Shown: positions 8,561-17,123 of the stretch, piece by piece
Position numbering within the stretch: position 1 is the stretch's first letter
How the letters are laid out: each line of letters starts with the position of its first letter
NCBI GenBank assembly: GCA_017608705.1
Contig: JAFCFJ010000008.1
Coordinates: 465 to 64,464, forward strand
Origin: Candidatus Pacearchaeota archaeon
Lineage (GTDB): Archaea; Nanobdellota; Nanobdellia; Pacearchaeales; GW2011-AR1
DNA length: 64,000 nt
Direction: 5' to 3'
The notes under the pieces: model-generated
What the model was told of the DNA's origin: nothing
Database searches by the model: none
The model's input: only the letters and a program-made list of their open reading frames with translations
Position numbers and translations under genes: made by a program

Positions 8561-8923
8561 GAGGTAGTCTGTGATAAAACAATCCTCGTTTTCAAAAAGC
8601 CTGCTTATGAATTCGTTAAGTTGCTTCTCACTTTTGAATATACATTCTAGCCATAGATCATATTTTCCATAGACTTTTCCGTAACTTTTGGCAAATCTTC
8701 AGAAAATTTTTGCGCCATGCTTGGCTTTTCAAATTTCAGAAAGAGAGCAGCATAGCAATTATAGCCGAGCTTGCTCCAGTCCACAAGAGGGAAGAATTTT
8801 CTTATAAGTCCTTCTTTAAGATATTTTTTTATTCTGTATTCAACCTGGTTTCTCGATAGTTTTGTAGCCTTTGCTATGATAAAGATAGCACAATAGTCTT
8901 ATGTCTGTTTCTTTTAGTTTCAT
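8561..8923 (-). pseudogene. Degenerate N-terminal Lrp/AsnC module (HTH plus RAM) with two frameshifts, in frame with the downstream Lrp
   Basis: ATG at 8921-8923 gives MKLKETDIRLLCYLYHSKG, then stop. A +1 frame gives AIFIIAKATKLSRNQVEYRIKKYLKEGLIRKFFPLVDWSKLGYNCYAALFLKFEKPSMAQKFSEDLPKVTEKS. A third frame gives YGKVYGKYDLWLECIFKSEKQLNEFISRLFENEDCFITDYLLIKPQF, which runs into the 7997-8560 ORF. Confidence 0.55.
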
Positions 8924-9031
8924 TTTAACCTGAAATTTTAGATATATTTAAATTTTTCTATTTTAATTTTAATATTTTAGTAATTTTTTGAAGAAAAATT
9001 TAGATACTTCTTTGGGCTCATTCGTAGCAAG

Positions 9032-9247
9032 ATGGAAACCAAAAAATACCAGATTGAGGATATCACACCTGAAGAATACAGATGTGCAGTAGGAGCTTGC
9101 CAAGTAATCTATGAAGTGCTGAATGAGGATAAGCTAGTTATAGTAGGGAAGAGGGCAGATATCAGTGAGCTCGAAGGAAGAATTAATGAGGATGAGGCAG
9201 CAGTGGTTATAGATAAGGAGTTGATTTACAAAGCTCTTCGGGGGTAA
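9032..9247 (+). CDS. Small hypothetical protein (71 aa)
   Basis: Stand-alone ORF preceded by an AT-rich promoter-like region. No motif recognised. Confidence 0.35.
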   Translation: METKKYQIEDITPEEYRCAVGACQVIYEVLNEDKLVIVGKRADISELEGRINEDEAAVVIDKELIYKALRG

Positions 9248-9300
9248 ACAAGAATTCTTGCTGTGAGAAAACTTATATATCTTGGCAGTTATCGTAGGAG

Positions 9301-9864
9301 ATGGTTTCGCTTTTGGAGAAAATAGATGATATTTTAGGATGGTATCTTTATAGCTCTTTCTATAAGGATTATGTCGAGAAAATGAATCTTCGCGGGCAGG
9401 AAAAAGTTCTTGAGGTTGGGTGTGGGGGTGGTTGTCTTTCAAGGTTCCTCGCTCCAAAGGTCCAGAAGTTTGTGTGCGTGGATCGTTCAGCTTACTGGAT
9501 AAGGAAAGCAAGGAAACGGCTCCTGAGATATGAGAATATAGGACTCTATGTATGTGATATTACAGAATTTCAAGCAGAGGAATCTTTCGATGCTATAGTT
9601 ATGCATTATGTTTTGCATGATATCGCTGAAGATAAAAGATTGAAAACCCTTGCCTTGCTCTACCGTTATCTCAAAGAAGGAGGCCTGCTTTACATCAGAG
9701 AACCTACAAGGGAAAGGCACGGCATGCCCGCGCAAGAGATAAAAGAATTGATGGCGAGCGCAGGCTTTATTGAATATTCTGGTTATGAAACTAGTGTATT
9801 TCCATTCGGTAGATTTTATGATGGAACTTACCAAAAAGTTAGGGAGAGATTAACTACTGATTAG
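9301..9864 (+). CDS. Class I SAM-dependent methyltransferase
   Basis: Motif I VLEVGCGGGCLSRFLA. Post-I acidic VCVD. Motif II/III FDAIVMHYVLHDI...LKEGGLLYIREP. Confidence 0.8.
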   Translation: MVSLLEKIDDILGWYLYSSFYKDYVEKMNLRGQEKVLEVGCGGGCLSRFLAPKVQKFVCVDRSAYWIRKARKRLLRYENIGLYVCDITEFQAEESFDAIVMHYVLHDIAEDKRLKTLALLYRYLKEGGLLYIREPTRERHGMPAQEIKELMASAGFIEYSGYETSVFPFGRFYDGTYQKVRERLTTD

Positions 9865-9915
9865 TGTAACTACTTGTGAGTAAGTTTTAAATATAGGAGA
9901 AGCAATAGTAAATAT

Positions 9916-10477
9916 ATGAAGAGAATTAACTCCTTAGAGAATAGTCTGCAAGGTAACGAAACCAAAACTGTGGCGGATTATATTCAGGGTAAGCCACGCG
10001 GAACTTTACATGGCGAAATAATTATAGGAGAGCTTATTTGGGGGAAACAAAATCAATCCGAATTTTATGTAGGGCTCTCACATTTTTATTCTGATAGATG
10101 AAAAACCACGCGATGTGGGTGAACCACTTATTAAATATAGGAAAGTTCTTGCAAGAAAATTTGTTGGCAGACTTTATCAATATCTTGAGAAAACTGCTAG
10201 GAAAGGTAAGGAAGCTGTATTACGTGAGGTGGAGAAAAAAATTTCAACCACAGCGAGGGTGCCGAAACCGGAAAACAGGAAAACTTTGTTCGAGAATCTG
10301 AAATATGTATTTGCAGATTTGGAAAAAATAGGTTATAACGAGGCTGAGGTTCTTGAACAGCTGAAAGTTGCATGTGAGATTAGCAAGAAATATGGCCATA
10401 CTGAGGAATGGCAGTATAGCGAGTTCTTAACCAGGCTTGCATCTATCATACAGAAGTATTGGCAGCAGAAAAAGTAG
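9916..10477 (+). CDS. Hypothetical protein, possibly a single gene split by a +1 frameshift near a T5 run (~10083-10087) into 61-aa and 120-aa ORFs
   Basis: The frame of the 120-aa ORF (GTG start at 10115) stays open upstream to 10073, overlapping the end of the 61-aa ORF (stop at 10099-10101). No recognisable domains. Confidence 0.35.
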
Positions 10478-10524
10478 AGGTGGAAAGATAAGATTTTTTA
10501 ACTTATACGATATTAGCCTGGAGT

Positions 10525-10595
10525 GCGCCAGTAGTCCAGTGGTAAGATACGGCCCTCCCAAGGCCGTGACCCGGGTTCGAATCCCGGCTGGCGCA
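10525..10595 (+). tRNA. tRNA-Gly (anticodon CCC)
   Basis: GCGCCAGTAGTCCAGTGGTAAGATACGGCCCTCCCAAGGCCGTGACCCGGGTTCGAATCCCGGCTGGCGCA. Anticodon stem CGGCC/GGCCG with loop CTCCCAA. Confidence 0.8.
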
Positions 10596-10614
10596 TTTTT
10601 TGAACACTAAGTTA

Positions 10615-11118
10615 TTACACGACCCAAATTCTATGCCTTGTCCCAAAAGCAACAGCCTTGCCTTTAGCATAAGCAAGAGCTACGAGACGGCAAACAACAG
10701 CATCCTTTTCATGTTTTGTGCCGTTCGTGGCATGAAAAATTTTCCTTGCTCTTGCGCTCAGCTTCATCACAGCATGCGGGTATGTTTCAATTGTTTCAAT
10801 ACCAAGTTTGCCAAGTTTTCTCTTTAGCCTCTTGCCACGTCTTGCCAGCAAGCGTAATGCTGGAAGATTGAAAGAAAAAATCTTTATGCCTGCTTTTCGT
10901 ATCGCGATATCGCAGTCCCTATAGTGGTATTTTCTTGGCATGCTCAGAGGCGCATCAATTGCCACAAGCTTTATTCCCTGTTTTCTCATCTCATGTATTA
11001 TCTCGTCATCACTATACAGAATCTTTGTTCCTCGCGCGGATGCATAGCCACTCTGCCTGTTTTCGAGGGCAGCGAGGTCAAGACCAGCTATTTCTTGTGC
11101 CTTTATCTTTTTAGACAT
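10615..11118 (-). CDS. Predicted RNase H-fold nuclease (DUF429/COG2410-like)
   Basis: 167 aa. N-terminal IAGLDLAA...GYA resembles the first strand and Asp of RNase H-like or YqgF-like folds. Basic C-terminal region. Confidence 0.4.
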   Translation of the reverse strand: MSKKIKAQEIAGLDLAALENRQSGYASARGTKILYSDDEIIHEMRKQGIKLVAIDAPLSMPRKYHYRDCDIAIRKAGIKIFSFNLPALRLLARRGKRLKRKLGKLGIETIETYPHAVMKLSARARKIFHATNGTKHEKDAVVCRLVALAYAKGKAVAFGTRHRIWVV

Positions 11119-11155
11119 GCAAGTACGAAGTTTAGGGCACTTAATAATTTTATCC

Positions 11156-12079
11156 TCATTGATGAATATAATTCAGTCCTAGTTTTTCTGCATAAGAAAC
11201 TACGCATGCAAATTCTTGCTCGCCAACAGGCCTGCTTATTTCTTTATACATATAAGCTTTGAATTCTGGCCTGTATTGTTTCATGATGTTAAGCACAACT
11301 GAGCCTCTGTGCATGGCCTCGTGAAGATTTGCAGAGAGCCATTCCAGTACTGGCTTTGAACAGCACATGACATGACTTGGTAGCACAAGATGTCTTACCA
11401 GTACCTCTGCATGCTTTGTGGCATGCAGCAGATTCCTGCTGACAACAGAAAAATAGTTTTTTGCTTTGCTTAACTTAAAGGCACAGTCGTCGTTTCCATA
11501 TTTGAAATCAGCGAGATAAACGTCTATAATCTTATTGAGCATAGCCATACTTTCTTTTGTCATATAGAAATTGCTGTTCCACACTACTGGCAATTCCACC
11601 TTTAATCTTTTCAGCTCTCTCAGCATGGCGATTATAAATGGCAGATATGGTGTGGGCTCACCACCTACAAGATTTATATTTTTGCATGCGTCGCTTTGTG
11701 AAATTTTTGTTATGATCATAGCGAGCTCTCTTGCCGTAAGCTCTTGCGGTGTTTCAAGTCTATGGCTTATTGCATAGTTTTGGCAATATATACATGAGAG
11801 ATTGCAACTCCAGAAAAAGACGGTGAGGCTAGGCACGAGAAAGCTTTCTTCACCATAATGTGTGAAACAACTTGATACCAAGAGCTTGTCAGGAACTTTG
11901 CAATAGCCAAGCTCTCTGTTTATACGGTTGACATGACATTTTCTCTCGCAAAGCTCACAGCTTTCGAGCATAGTTCTTGCTTTATCTTCTAGTTGTTTGA
12001 GCTCTTTGCTAGTCAGCTTCGTAAATTTTGGTTTTTCTTTTCCGCTAACTATCTTGGTATATCTTGGTAGGATTTCCAT
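11156..12079 (-). CDS. Radical SAM protein, PflX-like (pyruvate formate-lyase activating enzyme homolog, COG1313)
   Basis: 307 aa. CNLSCIYCQN (CxxxCxxC) radical SAM motif, plus an N-terminal extra Cys cluster CELCERKCHVNR. Confidence 0.8.
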   Translation of the reverse strand: MEILPRYTKIVSGKEKPKFTKLTSKELKQLEDKARTMLESCELCERKCHVNRINRELGYCKVPDKLLVSSCFTHYGEESFLVPSLTVFFWSCNLSCIYCQNYAISHRLETPQELTARELAMIITKISQSDACKNINLVGGEPTPYLPFIIAMLRELKRLKVELPVVWNSNFYMTKESMAMLNKIIDVYLADFKYGNDDCAFKLSKAKNYFSVVSRNLLHATKHAEVLVRHLVLPSHVMCCSKPVLEWLSANLHEAMHRGSVVLNIMKQYRPEFKAYMYKEISRPVGEQEFACVVSYAEKLGLNYIHQ

Positions 12080-12131
12080 GCAAGAACGAGGTAGAAAAAA
12101 TATAAAAATCTCGTTATTAGTATGGTGGCGA

Positions 12132-12203
12132 GGGGCTGTGGGCTAGTGGTTAGGCTTCCGGCTTAGGGAGCCGGCGACCCCGGTTCAAATCCGGGCAGCC
12201 CCA
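12132..12203 (+). tRNA. tRNA-Pro paralog whose canonical fold gives an unusual anticodon AGG (A34)
   Basis: GGGGCTGTGGGCTAGTGGTTAGGCTTCCGGCTTAGGGAGCCGGCGACCCCGGTTCAAATCCGGGCAGCCCCA. Anticodon stem CCGGC/GCCGG with loop TTAGGGA. Acceptor and T-arm are identical to the tRNA-Pro(CGG) at 50788. Confidence 0.7.
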
Positions 12204-12220
12204 TACCACGGAATTAGAAA

Positions 12221-13636
12221 ATGACCAGGAAAAAGGAGAAACATGAAAATAGAAAAGAGGCAAGGCAGGATGAAGAAAGCCTTAAAGCCAAGGCAAGAGA
12301 GATAAGTGTCAAGGAAGGGATCTTTGCTTCGGTGCAGAGTGGTTTTGGTGACAGCTATGTAAGTGCTTATGCTATAGGCCTGAATGCAAGCAATATGCAT
12401 ATGGCTATGCTTAGTTCTTTTCCTGGCTTACTCGGGCCCGTATTTCAGTTTATAGGTTCAAGATTGATGGAGAAATATTCACGTAAGTACATTATTCTCC
12501 GGACAGTATTGCTTCAGGCATTAATGTGGCTTCCGATTTTATCACTTGGTGTATTATTCTGGCTGGGCGTATGGCAAAGCGCTTTACCTCTTATTCTGAT
12601 TTTTTTCTTTTCTCTCTATGTGATTTTTGGCTCTCTTGGGGCTCCTGCCTGGTTCTCGTGGATGGGTGATATTGTTGATGAAAAACACAGAGGTAGATAT
12701 TTCAGCATGCGCAACCGCATTTGTGGCTTCGTGGCTTTAGTGTCAAGTGTGACAGCAGCCTTTGCCCTCGATTTTTTCAAAAGACATAGTTTTATCCCTT
12801 TGGGTTTTTCCTTGCTATTCTTTATTGCTATGATTGGCAGATTAATCTCTTGGAATTTGTTCAAGCAACAATATGAGCCAAGGCTTAAACTGGAAAAGGG
12901 CTACTATTTTAGTTTTTTCCAGTTTATTTCTCGCGGTAGGAAAACGAATTTCGGTCGCTTCGTGATTTATACAACAGCTCTTGGCTTTGCTACTTCTATT
13001 GCTGGCCCTTTCTTCGCGGTTTTCATGCTTCGTGAGTTGCAATTTAGCTATGTGCAGTTCATGCTTGTGAGCGTTGCTATGAGCCTCTATTCTCTTATGG
13101 CTTTGCCACTCTGGGGTAAGTTTTCTGATATCTATGGCAATTACGAGCTTATCCGCCTTACCTCAGTGCTTATTTCTATCGTGCCATTTTTATGGATTTT
13201 TATGCATACTCCTCTCGCGTTAATCTTATTCGTGCAGTTCATAGCAGGAGTTGCGTGGGGCGGTTTCAACCTCGCGACCTCAAACTACATATATGATGCT
13301 GTTTCCCCACAGAGACGTGCCCTATGCGTCTCATACAAGAATATTCTTGGTGGTGCTGGAGGGATGCTCGGCGCATTTCTTGGGGGTATATTGACAAAAA
13401 CTGGTTTTGAATTCGGCAATAGTGTTTATCTTGGTGTTTTCTTTGTTTCAGGTATTATGCGTATTGTGGTGAATATGCTTCTTATTCATAGATTTAGGGA
13501 AGTGAGGCAGGTGAGAAGGCCTAGGATAAGAACGCTGGAGCATCTTGCTTTTAAGATAGTAACCTTGCCGTTTTATGAAATAAGCCATGAAATTGTATCA
13601 GTCAGACGTATGATGAAAAGGAGAAGGCATCACTGA
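12221..13636 (+). CDS. Major facilitator superfamily transporter
   Basis: 471 aa with about 12 predicted hydrophobic helices. Lys/Glu-rich N-terminal tail. Confidence 0.75.
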   Translation: MTRKKEKHENRKEARQDEESLKAKAREISVKEGIFASVQSGFGDSYVSAYAIGLNASNMHMAMLSSFPGLLGPVFQFIGSRLMEKYSRKYIILRTVLLQALMWLPILSLGVLFWLGVWQSALPLILIFFFSLYVIFGSLGAPAWFSWMGDIVDEKHRGRYFSMRNRICGFVALVSSVTAAFALDFFKRHSFIPLGFSLLFFIAMIGRLISWNLFKQQYEPRLKLEKGYYFSFFQFISRGRKTNFGRFVIYTTALGFATSIAGPFFAVFMLRELQFSYVQFMLVSVAMSLYSLMALPLWGKFSDIYGNYELIRLTSVLISIVPFLWIFMHTPLALILFVQFIAGVAWGGFNLATSNYIYDAVSPQRRALCVSYKNILGGAGGMLGAFLGGILTKTGFEFGNSVYLGVFFVSGIMRIVVNMLLIHRFREVRQVRRPRIRTLEHLAFKIVTLPFYEISHEIVSVRRMMKRRRHH

Positions 13637-13643
13637 TACCAAA

Positions 13644-14363
13644 CTATTGTTGTGGAAAAAGTTCTTTCCTAAGTTTTTTGGCGAATTTTCCAGCCGCATG
13701 GAGCGGTTCTGGAAGTTTATGGGGTTCGCGTGTAAATCTTTTGACAAGTTCCAAGGCTGTGTCTGGTGTGATCATATTTCCTGGGCTTATCAACAATGGT
13801 CTGCTTCCTTTTTTGCTTTGCCATACTTTGCCAACAATCTTACCATCTAAAATAATATTCTCTCCTTGTATCTCGCCGACAATGAGTTCATCAGCTATAC
13901 CGACTGTAGGAATATTTGTGGCAAGTGATAGGTGGCTTGCAATGCCAAGTCGTGGATGGGCTATGCCATGGCCCTTTACAAAAATTACATCAGGTTTTGT
14001 TTCTAAGTTGTTGATAGCGTGAACCATTGCCGGAAGCTCTCGATATGCGCGAAAGCCTGGAATGTATGGGAATGTTGTTTTATCTTCGTGAAATGCTTGC
14101 TCTATGATTTCAAGCTCAGGGTTCATTACAACAACAGCGCTAACAATTCTGTTCTTGAAGAAGCTATTATCAATTCCTGCTACACTATCCACAAGGCTGA
14201 AATCTATAGCATCCTTTATGCTGAGATGCTTTGCGAGTTTTCTTTGCTCTCGCTCCAGTCTAAATAACTCTTCGCGAGGAATTCCAAATTTTCTTGCGAT
14301 TTGCTCAGGGGTTTGCTTTGTCATTTCACCCTTTTTATTATCTCCAAGGAATAAATATCTCAA
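13644..14363 (-). CDS. nfi: Endonuclease V (deoxyinosine 3'-endonuclease)
   Basis: VAGIDNSF, PYIPGFRAYRELP, and FVKGHGIAHPRLGIASHLSLATNIPTVGIA, which are EndoV signature blocks. The real start may be the internal M at MTKQTPEQ (~14324). Confidence 0.85.
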   Translation of the reverse strand: MRYLFLGDNKKGEMTKQTPEQIARKFGIPREELFRLEREQRKLAKHLSIKDAIDFSLVDSVAGIDNSFFKNRIVSAVVVMNPELEIIEQAFHEDKTTFPYIPGFRAYRELPAMVHAINNLETKPDVIFVKGHGIAHPRLGIASHLSLATNIPTVGIADELIVGEIQGENIILDGKIVGKVWQSKKGSRPLLISPGNMITPDTALELVKRFTREPHKLPEPLHAAGKFAKKLRKELFPQQ

Positions 14364-14446
14364 ATTTATAAATCTTTCGTTTTGTTGCCACTTTTCAGAT
14401 ATAACTCGGTAGAAAAATTTATAAAGTATATATTTGCTGAAGTGCT

Positions 14447-14728
14447 ATGGAAGGAAGAATAAAGATGCTGGAAACAAAAGTGGCCAAGTTGTATGAAGAG
14501 AAAATTGCCAGCAAGGGCAAGGAAGAAGAGTGCGTGTTTGATTTTGCTTTTAACGATTTACGCAATGATAGGTGGTGGTGCAAAGATCACGGGATTGACT
14601 ACGTGAATGTTGATAGCAAAGAAAACATACTTAAGGCAGCCTATGCTTTATTACAGGAATGGTCGCCTGCTTTAAGTAGGTTCTATCGTGAATGGTATTA
14701 TGAGCATATAGCAAGAAGAACGAGATAA
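14447..14728 (+). CDS. Hypothetical protein (93 aa)
   Basis: Clean ORF with no strong motif. Confidence 0.35.
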   Translation: MEGRIKMLETKVAKLYEEKIASKGKEEECVFDFAFNDLRNDRWWCKDHGIDYVNVDSKENILKAAYALLQEWSPALSRFYREWYYEHIARRTR

Positions 14729-14748
14729 CACAAAATATTTAAAGCTGA

Positions 14749-15438
14749 ATGCCTGGAAAAGAAGACATGTTCTCGAGAAAACGTTGCAAGAAGTGTGGTA
14801 AGTGGCTTAGCGGTGACTATGCTTACTGCCCTTACTGCGGTGTCAAGCTTTATGATGAGAGAGATTATGGTTTGCTTGGCAAAAATGACGAAGTAGAAAT
14901 GTTTGAAACTAGCGAGCGAATAAGCGACACATTTGATTTCTTTGGTTTGCCAGGCTTCGACAGGCTTTTCAAGAGGCTTTTCATAGAGCTTGAGAAACAG
15001 TTTCGCGAACTAGATAAGCAGTTCAGAGAGAGGCCAGAGGCAAGAGGTGGAATAAGCATCAGTATTTCTTCCATAGATGATAAACCCATCATAAAAGTTA
15101 AGACAGGTGGTGATTTTGGCAAGAAACCAAGGAAAGGGCGGCAGAAGATGAAAAGCTCTGCTCATGTTGAGGAAGAGCTTGCTAAAAAACTTGCAAAGCT
15201 TCCGCGTGAAGAACCGAGCTCAAGTGTAAGGCGGCTAGGTAGTAAGGTGGTGTATGAGATTGACTTGCCAGGTGTGAAGAGCTTGCGCGATGTTATTGTT
15301 AACAAGCTAGAAAACTCGATAGAGATAAAGGCTGTAGGGAAAGATAAGGCATATTTCAAGCTTATTCCTATAGATTTACCGATTAAGCGCTACATGCTGC
15401 GAAACGGTAAGCTAGTGCTAGAGCTTGAAGCTTTGTAA
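14749..15438 (+). CDS. Zinc-ribbon plus Hsp20/alpha-crystallin-like domain protein
   Basis: N-terminal CKKCGKW...CPYCG zinc ribbon. C-terminal VVYEIDLPGVKSLRDVIVNKLENSIEIKAVGKDKAYFKLIPIDLPIKRYMLRNGKLVLEL matches the sHSP ACD pattern (xDLPGVxxEDIxV...L.I.G.R...F.R...LP..V......NGVL.I.L). Confidence 0.55.
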   Translation: MPGKEDMFSRKRCKKCGKWLSGDYAYCPYCGVKLYDERDYGLLGKNDEVEMFETSERISDTFDFFGLPGFDRLFKRLFIELEKQFRELDKQFRERPEARGGISISISSIDDKPIIKVKTGGDFGKKPRKGRQKMKSSAHVEEELAKKLAKLPREEPSSSVRRLGSKVVYEIDLPGVKSLRDVIVNKLENSIEIKAVGKDKAYFKLIPIDLPIKRYMLRNGKLVLELEAL

Positions 15439-15449
15439 GTTTTTCTTTT

Positions 15450-16253
15450 TTATTCCCTGTTTCCGAAGAAATATTGCATGGCCTCTCTCACATCGCCAAC
15501 TTCTATAACCTCAATTCCAACTTTTTCACCAACACTTATTTTCTTTGGCCTCGTTTCTGTAGTGCATATTCTTGCATTGCCAAATGTTTCACAATGCTGG
15601 CTTGTCTCATAGACAACATCTTTGGACTGCAAGAGAGGAACAAGGAATATTGTAGCATTGGCCTGTTTTGCAGCTTCCGCCTTTTCAAGGATTGCGGAGA
15701 CAGGCCCGATTGTGCCATCATGGTTTATCGTGCCTGTAATCATAACATCATCTCTTGGCTTTTTGCCTTCGAGCGCGGCTATTGTTGCTATGGTTATGGC
15801 AGCACCGGCACTTGGTCCTCCAATTATCGAGGCAGGTGCATGAATAGAATAGACAAGATCATAATGGCTGAGATTCTTGCCTGTGATGTTGCCGGCCACA
15901 AGCCTTGCCATTCTTATGCTATGTTGGGTATCAGCCCAGAACAATATATTATCTATGTCTACAAGGGTGCGTCCAGTTCCAGGTACAGCCTCAACCACAA
16001 GCGTTGTTGTCACGCCGTTCCCTTCAGAATCAACGGCAGGCAGTTTTAGGGTTACCAAAGTGGCATTTTCCGTCGAGAAGAATTTTGGGCCATGATAATA
16101 TTTAATCTCTTTCTGCTTTTCAGTCTCCTGTTTCATGGAAAAATAGAGCGCAAGTTCTGAGACAATGATAATGGCTAGGATTATGATAGCGATGTTGAGA
16201 ATTCGTTTTTTTCTATCCTCCATACCTTTTCCTCTTTTCATTCTAAGATTCAT
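15450..16253 (-). CDS. Membrane-anchored Lon-like S16 serine peptidase (proteolytic domain only, no AAA module)
   Basis: N-terminal TM helix ILNIAIIILAIIIV. Lon protease domain with catalytic Ser in GGPSAGAAI and Lys in EKAEAAK. Confidence 0.7.
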   Translation of the reverse strand: MNLRMKRGKGMEDRKKRILNIAIIILAIIIVSELALYFSMKQETEKQKEIKYYHGPKFFSTENATLVTLKLPAVDSEGNGVTTTLVVEAVPGTGRTLVDIDNILFWADTQHSIRMARLVAGNITGKNLSHYDLVYSIHAPASIIGGPSAGAAITIATIAALEGKKPRDDVMITGTINHDGTIGPVSAILEKAEAAKQANATIFLVPLLQSKDVVYETSQHCETFGNARICTTETRPKKISVGEKVGIEVIEVGDVREAMQYFFGNRE

Positions 16254-16280
16254 ATTTTCTGAGTTTAAAAATTTAAGGAG

Positions 16281-16355
16281 TGAGCCCGCGCGGATTTGAA
16301 CCGCGGACCTCCACGTTATCAGCGTGGCGCTCTAACCTGGCTGAGCTACGGGCTC
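16281..16355 (-). tRNA. tRNA-Ile (anticodon GAT)
   Basis: Reverse complement GAGCCCGTAGCTCAGCCAGGTTAGAGCGCCACGCTGATAACGTGGAGGTCCGCGGTTCAAATCCGCGCGGGCTCA. Anticodon loop CTGATAA. A TATA-like box lies ~25 nt upstream on the minus strand. Confidence 0.85.
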
Positions 16356-16473
16356 ACATTAGTGCTATGCCTTAGGCTTTTTAAAAATTTCCGCATCTCT
16401 TCGTTAAAGCAAGTTTTCATGATATTCGCAAGCTTTAAAAACCAGTTTTTTCTTGGCTTAGCATCTTGTTAAA

Positions 16474-17052
16474 ATGGTAAGGGGTTTGTATCATGTATTG
16501 CGCGAACTTTGGAAAAAGCCAGAGGAGCGTGTGCCTGATTACAAGACAAGGCTTATAGAGTGGCGAAAGGGACCGGCAATTGTTAAGCTAGAAAAGCCGA
16601 CAAGGCTGGATAGGGCACGTAGCCTTGGCTATAAGGCAAAGAAGGGTATTATCGTGGTTCGTGTTCGCGTGAGGCGTGGAGGTAGGAAGAGAACAAGGCC
16701 TAAGGCTGGGAGAAGAAGTAAGCGTATGACAGCACGCAAAACACTCAAAATGAGTTATCAGTGGGTGGCTGAGATGCGGGCTGCACGCAAATACAGGAAT
16801 CTTGAGGTGCTTAACTCATATTGGGTAGGGAAGGATGGTCAATACTATTATTATGAGGTCATTCTTGTTGATCCGAATAGACCTGAGATAAAAGCTGATA
16901 AGGAACTTAGCTGGCTGGCAAGCGGTAAGCATAAAGGCCGTGTTTTCCGTGGGCTTACATCAGCGGCAAAGAAATCGCGAGGCTTGCGCAAGAAATCGAG
17001 AGAGATGAAAGTGAGGCCAAGCTTGCGCGCGCATAGAAGGCGCGGAAAATAA
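16474..17052 (+). CDS. rpl15e: 50S ribosomal protein L15e
   Basis: 192 aa. Highly basic, with the conserved WRKxPxxVKxEKPTRxDRARSLGYKAKxGxxVxRVRVRRGGRKR pattern of L15e. Confidence 0.9.
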   Translation: MVRGLYHVLRELWKKPEERVPDYKTRLIEWRKGPAIVKLEKPTRLDRARSLGYKAKKGIIVVRVRVRRGGRKRTRPKAGRRSKRMTARKTLKMSYQWVAEMRAARKYRNLEVLNSYWVGKDGQYYYYEVILVDPNRPEIKADKELSWLASGKHKGRVFRGLTSAAKKSRGLRKKSREMKVRPSLRAHRRRGK

Positions 17053-17123
17053 TTTCTTAGCTTTTTCCTGTTCTCTTAGGCTTGATTGTAAAACTTTTTA
17101 TATTCTCTCTTCCTCGATGATGC

